Positions 30,629 to 39,097 of a stretch of 39,178 bases of DNA are shown piece by piece; position 1 is the first letter of the stretch; every line of letters starts with the position of its first letter. The translations under genes were made by a program, and so were the position numbers. Under the pieces are notes generated by a model. It ran no database searches and was not told the DNA's origin. It saw only the letters and a program-made list of their open reading frames with translations. Source of the DNA: an uncultured Fibrobacterota bacterium (lineage in GTDB: Bacteria > Fibrobacterota > Chitinivibrionia > Chitinivibrionales > FEN-1185); assembly GCA_963729895.1 (NCBI GenBank), contig CAVSQB010000040.1, positions 1 to 39,178 on the forward strand, written 5' to 3'.

Positions 30629-31429
30629 TGCAATAAACTGGCACGAATGAAATTAGAGTCGCCGCGTAAACAAATAGGTAATTAAGAATGACACGCAGGA
30701 AAGACAAGCCGCCGTCGTGGCGGCATAATGGCATATTATGAAATTCATTTTCATATGTGATGAATCAGGCGCCAAAGGCTATGCTGATCAAAAAGAATCA
30801 TATTTGGGCGAAGTTGGCGTTGTTGCTGGATTTATTATTGAACAGAATTCAATCAACCTTGAGATAACCAAAGCGATATCTAATTCAATAAACAAATTGA
30901 ATGAATCGCCAGTTGACAAATTGCACATTACTAATCTTTCAAAGGATAATCAGCAAAAGCTCAGGAATGACATTTTTAGTCTTTTTAAGATATATAATAT
31001 TCCAGTTTCCTACGGTGCCGTCTATGTAGATGGATTTAATTGGAAATATGAAGAAGATAAACAAAAAAATATGATGATAGTTGAATCAGCAATACAAAAT
31101 GGTCGCGGAATAACTAAAAATTATCCAATTCCACTATTGCAAACTGAGCTATTCTATTTTTACTTGCTAAAAGGATTAGATTTCTTTGTATCGAATAAAT
31201 TAGCGGTTAACCAGATCGAGATTATCACGGACCATATTGACGACACGATAAAAGCTAATTACGAACAAAAGATTTCCAAAATAACAGGCAATTCAAAGAG
31301 TCAAGTTAAGAAATGGAATGAATTCGATTATTCTTCCAAACAAATTACCAAAAGACAATTTACAATAGAACTAAAGGCAACTTTATCAAATGCGGACTTT
31401 ATCAATAGAATTGAATGGTCAATCACAGT

Positions 31430-32736
31430 CAGTAGTGTCCGGTTAAATTGACAACAAGAGAAGGGCTACCAACCTATTTTTATCGTTGAAGGTTTAGTTT
31501 TTGACGATTAAAAAGAGGAGGCAGCCCTTGAACAGAAGAAATACAATATTCAATCAGATAACGCAACTGTTGAATCGGAAGGGATTCTGGCGCATTGTTA
31601 ATCGGTACGAAGGAGACAGGTACGTAAAGAGCATGACCTGCTGGCAGGAGATGCAGATTTTGCTCTTTTCGCTGGTAAAGGATTTGGTCAGCTTTCGGGA
31701 TGTAGAAGCGTGTCTGAAGAGCAATGCGGATAAGTGGGAACATATTGGTCTTGCGAGTGTAGCCCGCAGTACACTGGCAGATGCACTCGCTCTCCGGCCA
31801 TACAAGATGTTTGAAGATCTTTTCTATCAGTTTCTGGATAAATGCCAGCGATTGGCACCTCGTCATGACTTTCGGGTAAAGGTTCCGGTATTTACGCATG
31901 ATTCAACCTTGATCAGCGTATGTCTGTCATCGTTTCCATGGGCACGGTATCGCAGGCGCAAAGGTGGATTGAAACTTCATATGCTTCTGGACCATGACGG
32001 TTACCTACCGTCGTTTATCCGGATGACGGACGGGAAAGTCCATGACATTCGGGTGGTGAAAGATGCCGAATATGATTTTCCTGCGCTTCCGCCGGACAGC
32101 ATCCTCACCATTGATCGAGGCTACACAGATTTTGGCTGGCTTCATTCACTGCATACGACTGGTGTTACATTCGTGATCCTGGCAAAATCCAACATGGCAT
32201 ATCATCTTGTCGGACAGCACAAAGAACCGAACGTAAGACGCGGAATTATCCGTGATCAGGAAGTCGAAATGTCGAATTTTTACGAAAGCAAGGCATATCC
32301 GGAGAAGCTGCGACTGATACAGTATTACAACAAGGAGTTAAACAAGAACCTGGTCTTTCTGACGAACAATTTCACGTTGTCGGCAACGACAATTGCTGCA
32401 CTGTACAAGGGAAGATGGGAGATAGAAACATTTTTCAAGTGGATCAAGCAGCACTTGAAGATAAAGACGTTCTACGGGACCAGCGAAAACGCGGTAATGA
32501 CACAGGTGTGGATAGCCATGATCTTGTATCTCCTGTTGTCGTTTATAAAATTCCAAGCACGGTATGCCTTCACCATGCTGGAATTACTGCGGGTTATCCG
32601 AGAAAGGCTGCTTGGTTTTGAAAGCTTGATTGAATTACTACGGGTCAATTACGAGCGGTTACGTTCTTTGCGCTCCGCTCCAGTGCAATTATCATTCTAT
32701 TAGCCATTGGTCAAGAGGTTTAGCCGGACAGGGCTG
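31430..32736 (+). mobile_element. IS4-family insertion sequence, 1307 bp
   Basis: Terminal IRs CAGTAGTGTCCGGTTAAA / CAGCCCTGTCCGGCTAAA and a 9-bp target duplication AATCACAGT (31421-31429, 32737-32745). Confidence 0.93.
31528..32703 (+). CDS. IS4-family DDE transposase
   Basis: DSTLI, GKVHD, IDRGY and the YREK motif YKGRWEIETFFKWIKQ. TTG start after GAGGAGG. Confidence 0.93.
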   Translation: MNRRNTIFNQITQLLNRKGFWRIVNRYEGDRYVKSMTCWQEMQILLFSLVKDLVSFRDVEACLKSNADKWEHIGLASVARSTLADALALRPYKMFEDLFYQFLDKCQRLAPRHDFRVKVPVFTHDSTLISVCLSSFPWARYRRRKGGLKLHMLLDHDGYLPSFIRMTDGKVHDIRVVKDAEYDFPALPPDSILTIDRGYTDFGWLHSLHTTGVTFVILAKSNMAYHLVGQHKEPNVRRGIIRDQEVEMSNFYESKAYPEKLRLIQYYNKELNKNLVFLTNNFTLSATTIAALYKGRWEIETFFKWIKQHLKIKTFYGTSENAVMTQVWIAMILYLLLSFIKFQARYAFTMLELLRVIRERLLGFESLIELLRVNYERLRSLRSAPVQLSFY

Positions 32737-33891
32737 AATCACAGTAATCAATAACGAAATGACAATTGCAGCCGATATTATTTCTAACAGCATTCGTTAT
32801 TGTTTGGAAAAATATGCCAAAGAGTCGAAATGTGGCGCATTAAATAATCGGAAGGCCATTGAAAAGTACCCACTATCTGAGCAAATGATAGGAATGCATA
32901 ATGACCCAGATCATTTGTCTATGATTGATAGGATCTATATGCATAGAAACAGCAATATGAAAGCAAATAGAATGGGTTAACTTGCCTAAAGCGGATTGAT
33001 AACGTTTCACCGAATATTGAACAGCCGTACATTGGTAAAAATGGCCATGTGCACAGATAACAAGGGAGCTATAATGGGAACCACTTACGCCAAGTTCAAA
33101 AGCAGGGTATCTCCAGCATGGAACAAATGCAAAATATCGGCCAGTCTCTTCATTTTGATGATCTCGCCGATTGGTGTTTTCGCCGATTTCGTAAGCCATG
33201 TTGTGAAAATTGGGTTTAACGCCCAGGCAATAGGGGCCAATACGGCAACAAACAAAATTTACGCAATAAGTATGACTGGCGCGGTAAAGGTTATCGATGG
33301 AGTATCATATGATACGGCTTCAAAGGGACTCATAAGCGGTTATGCGGGCGGCGGGATGGGAGTCAACTCGATTACCAACAAAATCTGGGTTACAGCGGGT
33401 GGAACAATTTCCGGAGGCTTTGTACATTACAAATACGTGGATATCATCGACGGAATATCAAATAGTACAACGATGATAATGGAAACCAATTACGGGGAAC
33501 TAGCCTTAAACCAAGTGACAAATAAGATTTACGTAGTAAATGACGCCAGTATGACCGGCGGTTCTAATGACGGCAACTTAACCGTCATCGATGGCTCTAT
33601 CAACACGTTTTCGATTCTGCCAATTCAGGTAGGCTATGGCCCTATTGCGGTTAACACCGTAACAAACAGAATTTACTGTGTCAATGCTTTAGGCAAAGTG
33701 ACCGTGGTAGATGGCGCTACGAACACCGCAATCATCGTCATGGATCTTGAAATCGCGCCGGCAACTGCTGTTAAGGCAGCCGGTATAGCAGTAAATAGCA
33801 CTACGAACAAAATCTATGTTGCAGATTACGCTAATAACGTTATTGTGGTCATCGACGGCGCCACAAATACGCATACAATAATTAATGGTAA

Positions 33892-34746
33892 TTATAAAGG
33901 ATCTTGCACCAAATTAGTGATCATTTTGACAAGTTTTTCAAAGAAATTTTCATGACGATGATTGTACCGAAAAGCCATTTCGTTCAGATACCCTGGAAAG
34001 TATTCTTTGGAGACTCCATGGAACTTTGCAAGACGTTCCTTAGCATAGCTCCAGAAGCCTTCCAAACCGTTAATATAAACTTTGCCTGTGGCAAATCTTT
34101 TCCCATGGTCGACTCTCAAATGCCGATAACCGCAGAACATCAGGGCGTCATAGCCGCGGAATTTGTCAGTGTAAATGATGGAGCCTCGTCTGACCATTTT
34201 CACAGTCTCAGTCAACAGGCTTTCGGCAGTGACGTTTTTTACTACTGTCACCTTCACTTTTCCGTGTCTCTCCAGGATACCAAAGACGGGAACCTTTCCG
34301 GCAGCACCCCGGCCACGTTTACCTTTACGCCTGCCGCCGAAGTAGGATTCATCGAGCTCAACCTCTCCAGAGAGCCAGAAATCGCTTTCAGCGACCATCA
34401 AGGCCCTTCGGATGAGATTACACATCCGCAAGACCGTGGGATAGCTCAAACCGATCTGAGTTGCTATCCTGCGTGCTGAGACTTCCAGTTCAAAGAGCTT
34501 AATGATCCACAGCAGCTTTTTCAGAGGGACGCGGCACTGACCAATCCACCGATTCGAGAAGTCATGAAAGGTATTTCCGCATCGTTTGCACCTGAACTTT
34601 TTACCTTTTAAACGATAGATTTTATGGCTGTTACAATTGATGCAGAAAACATGGCCATTTTTCCAACAGAACTTTCTGAGGAACAATTTTGCCCTGTTTT
34701 CAGTTTTCCCTATGAATTCAAAGGTTTCTAATTGACTAAAGCCCAT
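33892..34746 (-). CDS. IS1595-family transposase
   Basis: Zn ribbon CINC...CKRC, VELDESYFGG, IYTDKFRGY, HG, INGLEGFWS and YLNEMAFRYN. Confidence 0.93.
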   Translation of the reverse strand: MGFSQLETFEFIGKTENRAKLFLRKFCWKNGHVFCINCNSHKIYRLKGKKFRCKRCGNTFHDFSNRWIGQCRVPLKKLLWIIKLFELEVSARRIATQIGLSYPTVLRMCNLIRRALMVAESDFWLSGEVELDESYFGGRRKGKRGRGAAGKVPVFGILERHGKVKVTVVKNVTAESLLTETVKMVRRGSIIYTDKFRGYDALMFCGYRHLRVDHGKRFATGKVYINGLEGFWSYAKERLAKFHGVSKEYFPGYLNEMAFRYNHRHENFFEKLVKMITNLVQDPL

Positions 34747-34879
34747 ATGCACAAGATAATTCCTGTGCAAGATAGCCGATCCCAGTAATTTGACCGATGT
34801 ATCCCACTTAATTTGACCGAGACGATGTCTTTACAGAAAGCTATTAACGGTAATATAAATCAGTTATGGACACGGTCGG

Positions 34880-35620
34880 TCATTTTGATTGGGATTTTTC
34901 TTTGCGCATTGATTCTCCTTTAAGGTTCAGTTTGAAAGCAGTGTGTGTTAAGCGGTCGCATATTGCGTCAGCAACAGTTGGGTCCGGCAGTTTTAGATGC
35001 CATTTGTCGATCGGGAACTGAGTTGTGACGATGATGGAGCCTGTCTGTTCTTTTTCTTCTATGACATCCAGAAGCGGTCCGGCATCGGCGGTTTCGATGG
35101 GCTGCATGAGGAAGTCGTCCAGGATAAGGATTTTTGTTCTGCTCAGTTTTTTCAGGTAGCGGAGATACATACCGGTGCCTTTTGCCGCATGGATTTCCTC
35201 AAAAAGCAAAGGGTACCGTATTTTGACCACCGGGAAGCCCATGCTGCATGCCTGCAGGCCAATGGCTTCGGCGATGTAGGTTTTTCCGCAACCGGTAGGG
35301 CCGGTTATAATGAGATTTTGCGCATTGGTTATCCAGGTTGTGGTGGTAAACGGCATGATATCTTTTTTCATAAAACCGCGGGATTGGCTATAGGAGATGT
35401 TCTCGATGGATGCCTGCTCGGGCTTGAAATTGGCCCTGCTGATCAGGCGGGAGAGCTTCCGGTTCTTCCGGGCATTGTATTCGTCCTCGACCAACAGGGC
35501 GACGAACTCTTCGTGGGACAGATCGTGGTGGTCGTTGTTGGCCAGACGGGTTTGCAGGGACTGGGCCATGGTTGCAAGACGCATTGCCTTGAGCTGTTCA
35601 ATAACTGATTCCATATGCAT
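34880..35620 (-). CDS. istB: IS21 helper AAA+ ATPase
   Basis: Walker A GPTGCGKT, Walker B ILILDD and ADAICDRL. Confidence 0.95.
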   Translation of the reverse strand: MHMESVIEQLKAMRLATMAQSLQTRLANNDHHDLSHEEFVALLVEDEYNARKNRKLSRLISRANFKPEQASIENISYSQSRGFMKKDIMPFTTTTWITNAQNLIITGPTGCGKTYIAEAIGLQACSMGFPVVKIRYPLLFEEIHAAKGTGMYLRYLKKLSRTKILILDDFLMQPIETADAGPLLDVIEEKEQTGSIIVTTQFPIDKWHLKLPDPTVADAICDRLTHTAFKLNLKGESMRKEKSQSK

Positions 35621-35632
35621 AGGGCTCCTTTG

Positions 35633-37189
35633 TTATAGGGTGGTGTAATAGTTCGGTCCGCGGATATTTTCGTGGATTACAGGCTGCTGCTGCGGTTGTG
35701 CAAGAGGCAAGAACAGTTGTTTGTCAAGATTCTGGTCAAGGATGGATTTGAGCGTTCGATAGGTTGCGGTATTGAAGTACAAAGCTCTTTGACACGCTTG
35801 TTCCAATCGCTGCGGCGTATACACTCTTGCCAGGTTTAATACGCCCAACGCGGCATTGAACCCCTGCTGGACATGCTGCCGTGCGACCATGATCCGTTTG
35901 ACGGTTTCAGCCGTGGCCGGGCCGATCTCGGAAGCCTTGCCGATAAACCACTCCTGGGACCATCCTTTGACAAAAGCATGTGTCTTCGGCATGTGTTCAG
36001 CGACCGTAGTATATCCGTAATTTGCCGGCTGTACCTGATGCCGGCAGATATGCTGATGATCGTGGTAGACCTCGATGATGAGACCGACCTGATAGATATC
36101 GACATAGCATCTGGCAAGATGGTGCGGAACGCTGTAGTAGTGTTTTTCGAAGCAGACGTGATAGTTGGGCGCGACGCGGACACCAAGAGCGACACGCGAT
36201 ATTTTAAACCGTTCGGTGGGCAGCGCCTTTGCATTCGGCCGGTCGAGTTCATCAAAGCGTTGTCTGCGTGTTTTTCCGCCATAGTCTTTCATGGGGCGGT
36301 TGTTAAAAAGGTCGAGCTCTTCTCTGATCGCATCATTGACCTCGTCGATGGAGAAGAACTGGCGGTCGCGGAGACGGGCAAGGATAAATCGCTGGATGTG
36401 AAGCACACTGCTTTCCGCAACAGCCTTGTCCTGGGGTTTTCGTATGCGGGCAGGCAGTATGGCCACGCCGTAATGATCGGCCATTTTCTCATAAAGCGGG
36501 TTTGCAATCGGATCATATCGATCCGGTTTCTTCACGCCGCTCTTCAGGTTGTCGGGGACAAACGCGTTCGGGGCAACACCGAAATAGGCAAGACCCCGAA
36601 CATGCGACTGCACAAAATCAGAGACCTGTTGCGTACGGGTGGCTTCCGCATAGGCGTAACTGCTGGCACCCCAGGCACAGACAAAGAGTTCAAGCGGGAT
36701 AATTTCTCCGGTTGATCGTTCGATATATTCAAGGCCATCGCCGGAATAATCAACGAATACCTTGTCGCCGCCTTTGTGCACCATGTGCATGGTTACCGAA
36801 TGCGGACGATTGCGAGCGACAAAACGATAAAATGCCGAACGGCTCAAACTATCGGGATGTTGGTCCTGGTACTCTTCCCAAAGGCGTTGCAGAGTAACGT
36901 GCGGTCGGGCAAGTTCTTTCTCAAGGTAGGCTATGTCTGGCAATAGCGATGAGGCTTTCAAAGGAGACGGTGCCACGGGCGGAAACAAGGCTTGTTCAAG
37001 AGCCGTGTCTGTCAACGTGTCCGGTAATGGCCACGGCAGCTTCGACCGGTCGAACCGATCAAGGTAGTTTATCACGCTGCCTTTGGATAACGACAGCGCC
37101 AGGGCTGTCTGTTCGGCACTGATGTTTTTCGATAAGCGGTATTCCAGAACCAGTCGAATTTTACGCATAGACGTTCGCTCCCTGCTCAT
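35633..37189 (-). CDS. istA: IS21 transposase
   Basis: MRKIR HTH start, FVDYSG, VPDNLKSGV and PQDKAVAE (DDE triad). Confidence 0.95.
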   Translation of the reverse strand: MSRERTSMRKIRLVLEYRLSKNISAEQTALALSLSKGSVINYLDRFDRSKLPWPLPDTLTDTALEQALFPPVAPSPLKASSLLPDIAYLEKELARPHVTLQRLWEEYQDQHPDSLSRSAFYRFVARNRPHSVTMHMVHKGGDKVFVDYSGDGLEYIERSTGEIIPLELFVCAWGASSYAYAEATRTQQVSDFVQSHVRGLAYFGVAPNAFVPDNLKSGVKKPDRYDPIANPLYEKMADHYGVAILPARIRKPQDKAVAESSVLHIQRFILARLRDRQFFSIDEVNDAIREELDLFNNRPMKDYGGKTRRQRFDELDRPNAKALPTERFKISRVALGVRVAPNYHVCFEKHYYSVPHHLARCYVDIYQVGLIIEVYHDHQHICRHQVQPANYGYTTVAEHMPKTHAFVKGWSQEWFIGKASEIGPATAETVKRIMVARQHVQQGFNAALGVLNLARVYTPQRLEQACQRALYFNTATYRTLKSILDQNLDKQLFLPLAQPQQQPVIHENIRGPNYYTTL

Positions 37190-37261
37190 ACGGTCCCCTT
37201 TCATGGTTTGAAAGAAGACCGAATATGGCACAATCCGCAACGCCTTCCGTAAAAAATCGTC

Positions 37262-37372
37262 CGGTCAAATAACCTGGGATTCAGCGGTCATTTTCAGTGG
37301 GATTTGCCGGTCAAATTAACTGGGATTGACCGGTCATTTAACGTGGGATTAAACGGTCATTTTGAGTGGGAT
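37262..37372. repeat. Five 23-bp-periodic transposase-binding repeats at the IS21 left end
   Basis: CGGTCA-N7-TGGGAT at 37262, 37285, 37308, 37331 and 37354. Two inverted copies lie at 34779-34819. Confidence 0.88.
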
Positions 37373-37917
37373 CGGGCACAAGATGTTTTATAATCACCTA
37401 ATTAATTTAGCAAATAAGCTTCCTCCTTCCTGGGCAATAACTCTGAACGAAACAACGAATAAAATCTATTTGAAGAATGGAACAGCCGTAACAGCAATCG
37501 ATGGCATTACGAACACGGCCTCCGTTATCACTGCGGTAACCGGCTTAGGCGCTGCGGCAATAACCGCAAATCCCGTCACAAACAATGTCTTCGTAAATGA
37601 TTACGATAGCACAATAACAGTAATCAACGGTTCCCCTGAATCGATTCGTAATGTAGGACCCCAAAAACAAATTACTCGGCAACGAACATATCAGACGGTT
37701 TTCAATCTTCAAGGTCGCGCATTTGCAAATGTAAAGACTATGCCTGCTGGTGTATATTTTGGTGCGGAAAGAATAGGTTCGAATAATATTCTTATCAAGA
37801 AGGTTATCTTTCCGTGAGTAGCGCTTCCATGCGCTCAATAAAATGCGTGCCATGAAGTCAGAAAACGGAAGAACGCGGCGAGAGAACAACATCAAGGTAG
37901 CGTGCCAGTTTACGTGC

Positions 37918-38044
37918 ACCCAACAGCCGTGTTACGTTCGCGCGAAATGCGCACATGTCCAGCGTGTGAATAAAACGTGTCATGTCGCAAAGCTCCATCA
38001 CGTTTTCTAACGCTGGTCACGTCGTAACACGGCACACGTTGTGG
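37918..38044 (+). other. attC-like recombination site (127 bp)
   Basis: R'' ACCCAAC (37918-37924, fits RYYYAAC). Perfect stem GCCGTGTTACG (37926-37936)/CGTAACACGGC (38023-38033). Inner stems 37953-37965/38010-38022 and AAAACGTG/CACGTTTT. R' GTTGTGG (38038-38044). Confidence 0.8.
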
Positions 38045-38551
38045 TCAATAAATTGGAACGATTAAGACAAATAGCCGCCGCCGAAGAAAAGACAAGGTTA
38101 GACTGGGAAAATCTATTTTAGTTGTTTGAAGATGCAGCGCCCCAAGACACGCCGCGTCGTGCGGCGGATGCGTAAATGAATTAATGGACATTCCGATGTT
38201 GACATTGAAGTTATTGCAAGAGGACAGATGAAATCAAACGCGCCTGGGCAATTATTAGGATATACGATTCAATTTCCGCGCGCACTCCTTCATTTACTTA
38301 GGAGCGGCCCTGGCGGCTCTGTATGTGTGGAAGTGCTTGGTGATGTTGCCACGATAAAGCCCGATGGTACAGTTATTGACGAAGAAGATAAATCGTCTGT
38401 AGCGAACAACCCTCTGACAGACCGTTCTACTGACTTATGGAAAACATTCTCGAACTGGATAGCCGCAATTAGGAACGGCGATCTAAACGTAAGCAAAACT
38501 CAATTTGTATTATTTTGTAACCGAAGCGGCCAATATGGTCTGGTCGATGAA

Positions 38552-39097
38552 GTAAAAGACCGCCGACAGGAGTCGGCGGCATTATTCCAGGCCAAGATCC
38601 AGCTGGATAGCGCCACAATCTTCACGTCCTTGGTGTTCAACGTAGCTTATGATCGTTCTCTCGTCAAGTCCTATGGTTGAAACACAGTACCCGCGCGACC
38701 AGATTCCGCCGCCGCGTATCGCCTTCCCTATGCTTGGAAATCGCTCCGGCAGTAATTTCCCCGTCCGCGATTTCACGAACTGCACTACGCTTGCGACAGA
38801 TATCCGCGGCGGAATCATTACCACCATGTGTACATGGTCCAGCTGGACATTGGCCCGGATTACCTCGATATCGTCGTCCATCCCATCAAGATGCTTCAGT
38901 ACCTTTTCCAAATATTCTTTCACCCCTGTCACGAATATCCGACGACGATATCGAGGAGTCAAGACGATGTGGTATTCTGTTCTGTATACGCAATGGGTGC
39001 CCTTCCGAAATCTCATTTACTCAAAATACGTTGTTGTCCACATCGTCTTGACAGCCCATCCATCCCCAGACTGGAGTCTGGGGGTTTATTGGGCAGA
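38552..39097 (-). mobile_element. IS200-type element (tnpA only), 546 bp
   Basis: Subterminal hairpins CCGCCGAC-AGGA-GTCGGCGG and CCCCAGACT-GG-AGTCTGGGG. No target duplication. Removal restores the host reading frame. Confidence 0.85.
38582..39016 (-). CDS. tnpA: IS200/IS605-family HUH (Y1) transposase
   Basis: YHIVLTPRYRR, HUH motif DHVHM, WSRGY and the catalytic Tyr in YVEHQ. Confidence 0.95.
   Translation of the reverse strand: MRFRKGTHCVYRTEYHIVLTPRYRRRIFVTGVKEYLEKVLKHLDGMDDDIEVIRANVQLDHVHMVVMIPPRISVASVVQFVKSRTGKLLPERFPSIGKAIRGGGIWSRGYCVSTIGLDERTIISYVEHQGREDCGAIQLDLGLE

Larger units (their letters stand above)
30738..32980 (+). pseudogene. DUF3800-like protein interrupted by IS4 (308 aa when rejoined)
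   Basis: N-terminal FICDESG and C-terminal IAADIISN motifs. Joining 30738-31429 to 32746-32980 reads in frame (...WSITV-INNEMTIAAD...). Confidence 0.8.
34773..37378 (-). mobile_element. IS21-family insertion sequence, 2606 bp
   Basis: Ends TGCCCGATCCCAC / TAGCCGATCCCAG, 5-bp target duplication CAAGA (34768-34772, 37379-37383), and an istA-istB pair. Confidence 0.92.
33887..37398 (-). mobile_element. IS1595-family element (901 bp) carrying a nested IS21 in its left inverted repeat
   Basis: IRs GGTAATTATAAAGGATCTTGCAC and, after IS21 removal, GGTGATTATAAAACATCTTGCAC. 8-bp target duplication TAATTAAT (33879-33886, 37399-37406). Confidence 0.9.
33074..37817 (+). pseudogene. Secreted YncE/YVTN-type beta-propeller with T9SS-like C-terminal tail, interrupted by IS1595::IS21 (407 aa when rejoined)
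   Basis: Repeated (A/G)xNxxTNKIYV...V.VIDG.TN units on both sides of the insertion. Joining 33074-33886 to 37407-37817 reads in frame (...THTIIN-LANKLPP...). Tail VFNLQGR...AGVYF...KKVIF. Confidence 0.85.
30623..38038 (+). mobile_element. Gene cassette 1 (DUF3800 + YncE-like genes, about 2.6 kb without its three IS)
   Basis: Bounded by G|TT at 30622 and G|TT at 38038. The start GTTGGGATGCAATAAACTGGCACG is the near reverse complement of 37901-37924. Confidence 0.7.

Noticed and set aside
32759..32980. Short ORFs 32759-32980 and 37362-37817 as independent genes
   Set aside because: They are the in-frame 3' halves of IS-interrupted genes.
37262..37372. Regularly spaced repeats resembling a mini-CRISPR
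   Set aside because: The 23-bp period leaves no real spacers, there are no cas genes, and inverted copies at the other IS21 end identify them as transposase-binding repeats.
38552..39097. IS605-type element with tnpB and omega RNA
   Set aside because: The right-end hairpin directly follows the tnpA stop, leaving no room for tnpB.
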